64,000 nucleotides of DNA from Verrucomicrobiales bacterium (lineage in GTDB: Bacteria > Verrucomicrobiota > Verrucomicrobiia > Verrucomicrobiales > V1-33). The notes beneath the pieces are model-generated. The model was not told the origin of the DNA. It worked only from the letters and a program-made list of their open reading frames with translations, and searched no databases. Below, one piece after another: positions 56,418 through 64,000 of the stretch. The stretch lies in the NCBI GenBank assembly GCA_031411295.1, contig JANOAV010000101.1:34651-98650 (forward strand), written 5' to 3'. A program made the position numbers and the translations under genes. How positions within the stretch are numbered: position 1 is the stretch's first letter; each line of letters starts with the position of its first letter.

Positions 56418-56843
56418 TTACCGCCGCACGACTACTTCTGGCCATTGCTCGGCCCAGCTGGCGGGCAGGCGTTGCGGCTTGCCAGCAGGCATCTGCACCA
56501 GTGCCAGGGACTGCTTGCAATTGATGAGTAGCGCGTTGTCAGAACTCCTCGTGATGACGAATTCCACCCAGAATCGTGGCCCTGCCAGCGCGGTTAGTTT
56601 TCCGCTGATCGTGATCACATCACCCAGCACCGCCGGGCGTTTGTAATCAATTTCCGTGCGGACCACGACGGGGAAAAGATGCGTCAGCGCCATGTCCCGC
56701 AGCGCCATGCCCATGAGCGTGGCCAGCTTCGTGCGCGCCTTCTCGATCATCCGCAGGTAGGCGATGTTATGCACCACGCCACCGCAATCGGTGTCGTAGA
56801 ACATCACCTCTTCGTCGATGCTGATGGAGGGAATTTCGGCCAC
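56418..56843 (-). CDS. Acyl-CoA thioesterase (YbgC/4HBT hot-dog family)
   Basis: YDTDCGGVVHNIAYL...E.AR, IDYKRPA. Confidence 0.88.
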   Translation of the reverse strand: MAEIPSISIDEEVMFYDTDCGGVVHNIAYLRMIEKARTKLATLMGMALRDMALTHLFPVVVRTEIDYKRPAVLGDVITISGKLTALAGPRFWVEFVITRSSDNALLINCKQSLALVQMPAGKPQRLPASWAEQWPEVVVRR

Positions 56844-56851
56844 GGGGGAAA

Positions 56852-58090
56852 TTACAGTTCCTCCCGCAGGCGACGGCCCACTTCTTCCACGTTGGCCCGG
56901 GAGTTGAAGGCGGAAATGCGGAAGTAGCCTTCGCCTGCCGCTCCGAAACCAGCGCCCGGGGTCACCACGACGTTTAGTTTATTGAGCATCACATCGAAGA
57001 ATTCCCAGCTGCCCATGCCGTTCGGCGTGCGCACCCAGATATACGGAGCATTGACACCCCCAAACGCCGTCAACCCCGCGTCCTTGGCGGCTTGGCGCAG
57101 GATGGCCGCATTGCCCAGATAGTGCGCAATGAGTTCCTTAACCTGTTGCTTCCCAGCGTCGCTAAACAAAGCCGCCGCGCCCTTTTGGACAATGTAGCTG
57201 GCTCCGTTAAATTTCGTCGTCATCCGACGGGACCACAGCGGATGCAGCGGCAGCGATTCACCGCCACGGGTCTTGGCTTTCAGTTCTTTGGGGATGACCG
57301 TGAACGCACAACGCACGCCGGTGAATCCACCGTGCTTGGAGAAGGAACGGAACTCGATGGCACATTCGCGCGCCCCGGGGATTTCATAAATGGAATGCGG
57401 CACATCCGCCTCCGTGATGAATGCCTCATACGCCGCATCGAAGAGGATCACTGATCCATGCTCGCGAGCGTAGTTTACCCAAGCTTCCAACTGCGCCCGC
57501 GTGGCGGCAGCGCCCGTGGGATTATTAGGACTGCAGAGATAGATCAAATCCAGATTCTCCCCCACTGGGACTTCCGGCATGAAGCCATTGGCTTCGTTGC
57601 AAGGCAGATAACGGATCCCCGCATATTGCCCGCTGGCATCGGCATCGCCCGTGTTACCATTCATGACATTGGTGTCCACATAGACCGGGTAAACTGGGTC
57701 AGGAATCCCCAGCACATTACCCGTGCCGAAGATATCGAGGATGTTGCCGGTGTCGCACTTGGAACCATCGGAAACGAAAATTTCATCGTCCGCCACATTG
57801 ATCGAGAGGTCCCGATACATGTTCTGGGCAATCGCACCACGCAGGAAATCATAGCCTTGCTCCGGACCGTAGCCCTTGAAGGTGCTGCGATTTCCCAGCT
57901 CGTCCACCGCTTCATGCATCGCCTGACGCGAGGCTTCCGGCAGGGCTTCGGTGACATCGCCAATCCCGCAACGGATCAACCGCTTGGCGGCTTCCGGATT
58001 CGCGCTCACAAAGGCCGACACCCGACGCCCGATTTCCGGGAAAAGATAGCCAGCTTTCAGTTTCAGATAATTTTCGTTCAGGTATGCCAT
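56852..58090 (-). CDS. dapL: LL-diaminopimelate aminotransferase
   Basis: [58 protein letters not shown]. Confidence 0.96.
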   Translation of the reverse strand: MAYLNENYLKLKAGYLFPEIGRRVSAFVSANPEAAKRLIRCGIGDVTEALPEASRQAMHEAVDELGNRSTFKGYGPEQGYDFLRGAIAQNMYRDLSINVADDEIFVSDGSKCDTGNILDIFGTGNVLGIPDPVYPVYVDTNVMNGNTGDADASGQYAGIRYLPCNEANGFMPEVPVGENLDLIYLCSPNNPTGAAATRAQLEAWVNYAREHGSVILFDAAYEAFITEADVPHSIYEIPGARECAIEFRSFSKHGGFTGVRCAFTVIPKELKAKTRGGESLPLHPLWSRRMTTKFNGASYIVQKGAAALFSDAGKQQVKELIAHYLGNAAILRQAAKDAGLTAFGGVNAPYIWVRTPNGMGSWEFFDVMLNKLNVVVTPGAGFGAAGEGYFRISAFNSRANVEEVGRRLREEL

Positions 58091-58348
58091 AAGAGGAATG
58101 AGTAAGGGAGTAAGGGATCGGGGAAAGAGTTCGTTTCCATAGCGGGAGAATTCCCCCGCGCAAGAGCGGATTAAAGGGGGCGGGGGAGCGTTCGGGGATA
58201 GGGGAAAGGGCTGAGGCGAAAGTTTTGCGGTAGAAAATCAATCGCTTCCAAACTTATAGTGTGATAAGGGTGCCAGCAGGCAAGCGACCAAGCCTACTGC
58301 TATCAAACGCTTCTGACTCAGCTCTTAACTAGTAAGTTTCTTTTCTAG

Positions 58349-61063
58349 ATGAACGAAATCGACATCTTCTCCGGTGCCCCGCAGGGAGCAACTCCCGATG
58401 AACTGGGCGCCTACCTTGAGCAGGCCTGCGGCGGCAACACGGAACTTCAGCGAAAGGTAGAGGAGTTGTTTGCGGCCGCGGGAACAGTGTTCTTAGGACG
58501 AAGGCCGCGGCAGGGACCAGCGGGTATTATTTCAGAGGCCGCGGCAGAGCAGCCGGGAGACCGGATTGGGCGCTACAAGCTGCTCCAGCAAATCGGAGAA
58601 GGGGGGTTCGGGGTCGTTTATCTGGCCGAGCAGGAGGAACCGGTGCGGAGGCGCGTGGCGCTTAAGGTTATCAAGGCGGGCATGGACACGCGGGAGGTCA
58701 TCGCACGGTTTGAAGCCGAGCGGCAGGCGCTGGCGATGATGGATCACCCGAACATCGCCCAAGTGTTAGACGCTGGGGCGACAGCAGGCGGGCGGCCCTT
58801 TTTTGTGATGGAACTGGTGAAGGGGATTCCGGTCACCCAGTTCTGTGATGAAAAGAAGCTCGGCACCCGCGAGCGCCTGGCACTCTTTGCTGATATTTGT
58901 GGGGCCATTAATCATGCGCACCAAAAGGGAGTCATTCACCGCGATATCAAGCCCAGCAATGTGATGGTGACGCTCCAAGGAGACCTACCCGTGGTAAAGG
59001 TCATCGATTTCGGGATCGCCAAAGCCACTCAGAGCAAGCTCACGGACAAGACGCTGTTCACCCGCCTGGAGCAGTTCATCGGCACGCCCGCCTATATGAG
59101 TCCCGAGCAAGCCGCGCTCAGTGGGCTGGATATTGACACGCGGAGTGACATCTACGCTCTGGGCATTCTGTTGTATGAATTATTGACCGGGAAGCCGCCC
59201 TTCGACCCTCAGACGCTACTTTCGGCCGGCTATGATGAAATGCGCCGTATCATCCGCGAAGTGGAACCGCCCAAGCCTTCGGCTCGCCTGAGCACGGTCC
59301 TGGGGGCGGAACGCACCACGATCGCCAGTGCACGGCACATTGCGCCGGACCATCTCCGCCGCCTGGTGGAACCTGACCTCGACTGGATTGTGATGAAAGC
59401 CATCGAGAAGGATCGCACCCGGCGCTACGAGACGGCCAATGCCTTTGCCTTGGATATCCAGCATTTTCTGGCTGACGAACCGGTAAGCGCCTCGCCACCA
59501 GGCGCAGTTTACTTGCTGAGGAAATTCACGCGACGCCACAAAGCGGGGCTGCGGATCGCGGCCGTCATCGCGTTATTGCTCGTGGCAGCGACGGTGGTCA
59601 GCACGTTGCTGGCGATCCGCGCCACGGAGGCCGAGAAGGCGCTGGCGAAGCAATTAAGCGTGGTGGCCCAGGAGCGTGATGCCACGGCCTTGGCCCGCGG
59701 TGATCTGGGAGACGTGCTGCGAGTGCTGATCGAGATGCCGACCCCGGAGCGGGCGCAAAAGGACGACGCCGTGGCGATGGCTCTATTGCGGGATCGCGTG
59801 GCCGTGATGGAGGACATTTTTGCACGGATGGAAAAGCGAAGCACCCTCCGTGATGCGGCCACGTTGTGGGTCATGGGCCATCTCGCTTCACTCCTTGAGG
59901 CCACCGGGGATCAGGCGCGAGCAGTGAAACTGCGCGAGGAGGCCGCCCGCGTCAGCCTGGACTTCCTCGGTCCGGAGAATACCGATGCGTTAGGGGCGAA
60001 AATCCGCCTCGCCTCCACCTATGAGAAAGCGGAACGATTCGGGGAGGCCGCCAGGTTGCGGGAAGAACTCCTGCCAGTGTTGGAGCGGGTCCATGGTCAT
60101 TCGAATGCTGTCACCACCTGGGTCCGCTTCTCCCTCCTTAAACAATATGAGAGAGCGGATGAGAAGGCCAGTTTGGCGGGAAAGAAGCCTGCCCACGCTG
60201 AGGACGTCGTCCGGCTGCGGCGCGCCATGCTGGCCGCCAGCGCGGAGAAACACGGGGCCGAATCGATTGCGGCGCTGCATCTGCGGCATAATCTTGCTTA
60301 CGAAATCAGCGCCTCGGGGGACAAAAAGGAGGGGCTCCGCAAATCGCGTGAAACCCTCGATCTGGCGCGCCAGTTGCCGTCTTCCCCTGATAATGACATG
60401 TTTCTCCGTTATTCTGTCTGGTGCCTGGCCTGGCATTGCGGGGAGAATCAGCTTAAGGAAGAAGCAGACCGCCTGAACGCCGAACTCATCAGTCTGCGGC
60501 CCGTGCTGCGCCCAGTGCGCAGCTCGATCATTGGGGAGGCTGCGCCATGGCTCTGGTTCCACCCGCGGGATGGCACGGATCCGGAGAAAGCCATACCCGG
60601 CTTTCACGCGGCCTTTCCACGCCGCGAGTTCGATGACAGCCAATGGACCGCTGCGGCTATGGAGCGCCAAGGCTTCGGCTATGGGAAAGGCTTTGTCGGG
60701 GTCGATATCGGGACTCCAGCCTCCGGGTATCGCTATGCGGCCTATTTCCGCTGCCATTTCACAACTGCCGCGCCTCTCTCCCGGCTCGAACTCCGCGCCC
60801 GTCGCGATGACGGTCTCGTAGTTTATCTCGATGGAAAAGAGATTGTCCGCGACAACGTCCCCAATACCCCCGACAGCTGGAAACTCGACGCCACTCAGGG
60901 CGTAAACGACAATGAGGTGGAAGTTACCATGGCTTGGCCCGTCCCAGGGGAACTTCCCGCCGGTGAGCATGTGCTCGCCATCTCCCTTCACAACTACGGC
61001 AGTGACAGCTCTGACCTCCGACTCGGCCAAGTAACTCTGGTGGAACTTGAGTCCGGCCAGTAA
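58349..61063 (+). CDS. Ser/Thr protein kinase with TM, TPR-like repeats and C-terminal jelly-roll domain
   Basis: GEGGFG, VALK, HRDIKPSN, DFG, GTPAYMSPE, SDIYALG; TM; C-terminal YFR..F...DDG.VVYLDG.E..R.N. Confidence 0.93.
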   Translation: MNEIDIFSGAPQGATPDELGAYLEQACGGNTELQRKVEELFAAAGTVFLGRRPRQGPAGIISEAAAEQPGDRIGRYKLLQQIGEGGFGVVYLAEQEEPVRRRVALKVIKAGMDTREVIARFEAERQALAMMDHPNIAQVLDAGATAGGRPFFVMELVKGIPVTQFCDEKKLGTRERLALFADICGAINHAHQKGVIHRDIKPSNVMVTLQGDLPVVKVIDFGIAKATQSKLTDKTLFTRLEQFIGTPAYMSPEQAALSGLDIDTRSDIYALGILLYELLTGKPPFDPQTLLSAGYDEMRRIIREVEPPKPSARLSTVLGAERTTIASARHIAPDHLRRLVEPDLDWIVMKAIEKDRTRRYETANAFALDIQHFLADEPVSASPPGAVYLLRKFTRRHKAGLRIAAVIALLLVAATVVSTLLAIRATEAEKALAKQLSVVAQERDATALARGDLGDVLRVLIEMPTPERAQKDDAVAMALLRDRVAVMEDIFARMEKRSTLRDAATLWVMGHLASLLEATGDQARAVKLREEAARVSLDFLGPENTDALGAKIRLASTYEKAERFGEAARLREELLPVLERVHGHSNAVTTWVRFSLLKQYERADEKASLAGKKPAHAEDVVRLRRAMLAASAEKHGAESIAALHLRHNLAYEISASGDKKEGLRKSRETLDLARQLPSSPDNDMFLRYSVWCLAWHCGENQLKEEADRLNAELISLRPVLRPVRSSIIGEAAPWLWFHPRDGTDPEKAIPGFHAAFPRREFDDSQWTAAAMERQGFGYGKGFVGVDIGTPASGYRYAAYFRCHFTTAAPLSRLELRARRDDGLVVYLDGKEIVRDNVPNTPDSWKLDATQGVNDNEVEVTMAWPVPGELPAGEHVLAISLHNYGSDSSDLRLGQVTLVELESGQ

Positions 61064-61106
61064 CTCCGGATTTTAGCAGCCAGTGCAGCCACTCCGTCCG
61101 CCCATT

Positions 61107-62510
61107 CTACGGCGTCCCGATCACCGGCCTCACGGGTGGCGACGGCGTGAGTGGGGGTGCCGGCGGAGCCCCGGCCGGAGCAGGCGTGGGTGGTTTCACC
61201 AACCGATCCTCCCAGGTGGTGAGTTCATAGCTGGGACCAATTCCGCCGAGTTTATCCATAAGTTCCTGACAGCGCTGCCGCCATTTGGCGTAGTTGGGTT
61301 GCGCGTTGGGTTTATCCGCACTGTTGGGGAAGATGAGATAGGACACCTTCAGATCATCCACCGGTCGGGCATTGGAGGTGGCTTTGGGATTGAGTTCCTT
61401 GGCAATGCGCAGGCTGGCTTCCCCCATCTTTTCACGCGGTCCGTAATCCCCAATGATGGCAGGCAGGAGCTTGTTTTCATGAATCACCACCACGTAGTCG
61501 CCCAGCCCGGGGCCGTAGGCGTTGAATCCCTGATAGGATTTCATGGAAAGCGGGATCACCACGAATGGATCCTCCTTGGCGATCAGAAAACTTTTGGACT
61601 TCAATTCCGCCACGCTGCGGGTGAGTGATTCCACCGTGGCCTTTTCCCCTTTGCCGCCAGCTTTGGCTTTCTCTTTGGCCTCCGCTAGCTTGGCTTCAGT
61701 GCGCGCCAGCAGTGGATTTGGGGTCTTGGTTAGTTTGGGCCAGTTGTAGCTGGTGGAGGCCTGGAAAAAGGAGCTTTTGATAATGGCTTCCTCCAAGGTG
61801 GCCTGACGATCTCCGTCCGAGCCATCGCTGACGACGTCCATTTCCCCTTGGATCAACAGTGCCTTCTGCTTGGTGTCCGGGTGCTCCAGTTCCAACACCG
61901 TTTCCAGATCATAATAATTGTAGCGCGAAAGGATTTTGTCCAGCCGGGTGATGTCCATCTGAATATCCTTCTCTTTCACTTCATAGAGATAGTGGAAGAA
62001 ACCACTCACTTTGGCCGTCTGCATGATGAGACCAAAATCCTTCAAGGCCGTGGGCAAATGGGCGTTGATGGCCATCATGTCGCTCACGGTGCTGGCAGGC
62101 TTGGGGGCGCGCAGGGTAACCTGAAACGAAACGGTATAACTGTCTGGATTATTGCGCTCCTTGGAGGCGAAGTCCCCGGGCACGGTCTCGATGTTATTCT
62201 TCAGCCGCAGTCCATTGAAGAGGTCCGCCAAGTTAATGAGCTTGTTCGGGATAAATTTATCCGGCAGGGGAGGGGGTGGTGCCGGAACCTCCACGCGCTT
62301 TTCCACGATGCGTTCTTTGATGATCGGTGGCGGGCTGAAAGTCTCCTGGAGCTGACGCTTGAAGAACGGCGTAAAGGGCAGCGCTACCAGCGCGAGGATG
62401 ATGCCAGCGAGAATGAATTTCCCACCGTTGCCAGACTTGGGGGGGCGGGGATGGCGATTCCATCCCGGTTTGGGAGCGTGCGGAGGGTCGAATCGCTCAT
62501 CAAAATCCAT
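61107..62510 (-). CDS. Membrane-anchored GH75 (chitosanase-like) family protein
   Basis: MDVVSDG, PFVVIP, GDYVVVI, AIIGDYGP..KMGEASL. Confidence 0.65.
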   Translation of the reverse strand: MDFDERFDPPHAPKPGWNRHPRPPKSGNGGKFILAGIILALVALPFTPFFKRQLQETFSPPPIIKERIVEKRVEVPAPPPPLPDKFIPNKLINLADLFNGLRLKNNIETVPGDFASKERNNPDSYTVSFQVTLRAPKPASTVSDMMAINAHLPTALKDFGLIMQTAKVSGFFHYLYEVKEKDIQMDITRLDKILSRYNYYDLETVLELEHPDTKQKALLIQGEMDVVSDGSDGDRQATLEEAIIKSSFFQASTSYNWPKLTKTPNPLLARTEAKLAEAKEKAKAGGKGEKATVESLTRSVAELKSKSFLIAKEDPFVVIPLSMKSYQGFNAYGPGLGDYVVVIHENKLLPAIIGDYGPREKMGEASLRIAKELNPKATSNARPVDDLKVSYLIFPNSADKPNAQPNYAKWRQRCQELMDKLGGIGPSYELTTWEDRLVKPPTPAPAGAPPAPPLTPSPPVRPVIGTP

Positions 62511-62519
62511 GATGGAAGG

Positions 62520-62828
62520 TTAAAAGAAGGTTTTTACACCGAGCACACAGGCAACGAGTGCCAAGATGGCCATGATCCCCGCCGGGTAGAGTTGCTTTCG
62601 CTTCAGTGCCGTAGGAAGAAACCTTCCCAGCAGCAGAAAACTCACGACCAACGCGATCCATTTTCCAGCGGGTTGCCCCTGTTTCATCAGATACCAACCC
62701 AGGATCAGCAACAGCCCGGAAATACCACCCGCAATCAGCGATGCTTTACTCTTGGCGCGAACCATACCCAGGGCTCCAAGGACGATGCTAACAATGCCGA
62801 AGATGAGAGAGAAGTCGAGAAAAGTCAT
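62520..62828 (-). CDS. TMEM14 family small membrane protein
   Basis: G.LG..RAKSKASLIAGGISG, RF....K.YPAG. Confidence 0.85.
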   Translation of the reverse strand: MTFLDFSLIFGIVSIVLGALGMVRAKSKASLIAGGISGLLLILGWYLMKQGQPAGKWIALVVSFLLLGRFLPTALKRKQLYPAGIMAILALVACVLGVKTFF

Positions 62829-62913
62829 GGGATTGGGAAAGGTTGAACCACATACTGGACGGAGGTCTTCAGGATGGCAACCGCTTTGAAAAATTTACGC
62901 CAATTTAAATGCT

Positions 62914-63861
62914 TTAAGCGGACATGAAATCACGCCGGACGATCGTGGGACGGTGGGCCTGCGATTTGGGCATGGTCCGCAAGCGGAACTCCGTAGGGCT
63001 CTCTCCAGCATACTTCTGGAAGCAGCGATTAAACTGCGAAAGCGAGCCGAAGCCGACGTCCAGCGCCACCTCGCTGACCCGGGCATAGCGGCTGGTCAGG
63101 CGTTTCTTCGCTTGGAGGATGCGCTCACGATTTTGGAATTCCGTCAAGGTAACCCCAGTGCTCGATTTAAAGACTGTGCAGAGGTGGTGCGGGCTCATGC
63201 AGGCAATCTGCGCCACCTCGTCCAGCGAGAAAGGAGCATCGAAAGTGCTGCGCAGATGCTGACAGACTTTCTGAATTGAATCGGGCAGGCAGGGCACCGT
63301 TTCCAGGGGCTGACGTTCCAGTTCACTGGAAAGGTGGGTGGCAAAAAGCACCAGCAGATCCACGATGGCTCCATAGTGCTCGTCAGTGACCACGACTCCC
63401 GCGAAATAGGATTGCCGCAGATAGGGCACCGTGGATTCCCGGAAGTCGGGTTCCTCCCGCAGAATCGCCAGCGTGTTTTGGAAATTCGCTTCTGTGGGCA
63501 GCGCTGCGAAGACTTGCCCGGTGCGAAGATGCCCCACCAATAATTTCCCGAACCAGATCGGCACCGCCGTTTCCCGCAAGTTGGCGAAACACTTTACCGT
63601 CACCACTTCTACGCCGTCCTTGGCCAAGAGTTGGCCATGCGAGTGTTCACAGGCCTCGCAGGCGTTCGTATTTTTGGTGATCGCCATGCAGAATGGGTTC
63701 TGCGCTTCACAACTGTGAGCCGGATCCTGGCCCACCAGCCAAAGACTGAGTCCCGTGGCTTGTTGAAATGCCCGACTGTAGCGAGTCAAGGAAGGACTCT
63801 GGCGTAAACGCTCCAGAAGCTTCTCGGGACTGGGAGTGGCGATGAGGGTGGGGGAAGGCAT
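62914..63861 (-). CDS. AraC family regulator with PocR-type ligand-binding domain
   Basis: F.QATG, NPFC...C..C, C.A.L.ETAVP...G.L.TGQV; C-terminal AraC HTH (VALDVGFGSLSQFNRCF). Confidence 0.9.
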   Translation of the reverse strand: MPSPTLIATPSPEKLLERLRQSPSLTRYSRAFQQATGLSLWLVGQDPAHSCEAQNPFCMAITKNTNACEACEHSHGQLLAKDGVEVVTVKCFANLRETAVPIWFGKLLVGHLRTGQVFAALPTEANFQNTLAILREEPDFRESTVPYLRQSYFAGVVVTDEHYGAIVDLLVLFATHLSSELERQPLETVPCLPDSIQKVCQHLRSTFDAPFSLDEVAQIACMSPHHLCTVFKSSTGVTLTEFQNRERILQAKKRLTSRYARVSEVALDVGFGSLSQFNRCFQKYAGESPTEFRLRTMPKSQAHRPTIVRRDFMSA

Positions 63862-63970
63862 GGGTGGAGCACCGTAAGAAGTAATTACCCGGGAGCAAGT
63901 GTCGGACGGTGAAATTTTTTCCAAACGACAGCATGACCCATGGCCCCGCCACAAAGCTCCTCGCAAAGGA

Positions 63971-63994
63971 GCCGTCATCGCTCCGCGTGACGGC
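63971..63994. repeat. REP-like palindrome
   Basis: GCCGTCATCGCTCCGCGTGACGGC, same core as 8836-8859. Confidence 0.55.
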
Positions 63995-64000
63995 AGGCGT

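Noticed and set aside
59990..62846. Long antisense ORFs (59990-61030, 61848-62846) and similar ones elsewhere
   Set aside because: Shadow ORFs opposite well-supported genes in GC-rich DNA, with no recognisable motifs

Overview
GC-rich bacterial chromosomal window, very probably Verrucomicrobiota. The evidence is a PEP-CTERM autotransporter-repeat protein, a DUF1501/DUF1549 pair, dapL and bacterial tubulins. Housekeeping genes (uppS, yebC, rho, moaA, dapL) are mixed with secreted and envelope genes. The highlight is a co-directional minus-strand tubulin locus (~40.3-49.5 kb). The known bacterial-microtubule genes btubA-btubB-btubC(bklc) are preceded by a ~1000 aa tandem pseudokinase-like protein with a Pro/Ala tail and by a third tubulin-family gene, an XRE-type helix-turn-helix fused to a divergent BtubA-like domain. 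Four copies of a palindromic operator-like motif lie over that gene's own promoter. This suggests an undescribed tubulin-based regulatory or DNA-linking module. Also notable: a 2552 aa secreted protein carrying in-frame REP-like palindromic insertions and an internal secretin-N-terminus-like block, an AT-rich two-gene islet bounded by 64 bp direct repeats, and a candidate structured RNA upstream of yebC-rho. All assignments are by eye from motifs; no database searches were run.
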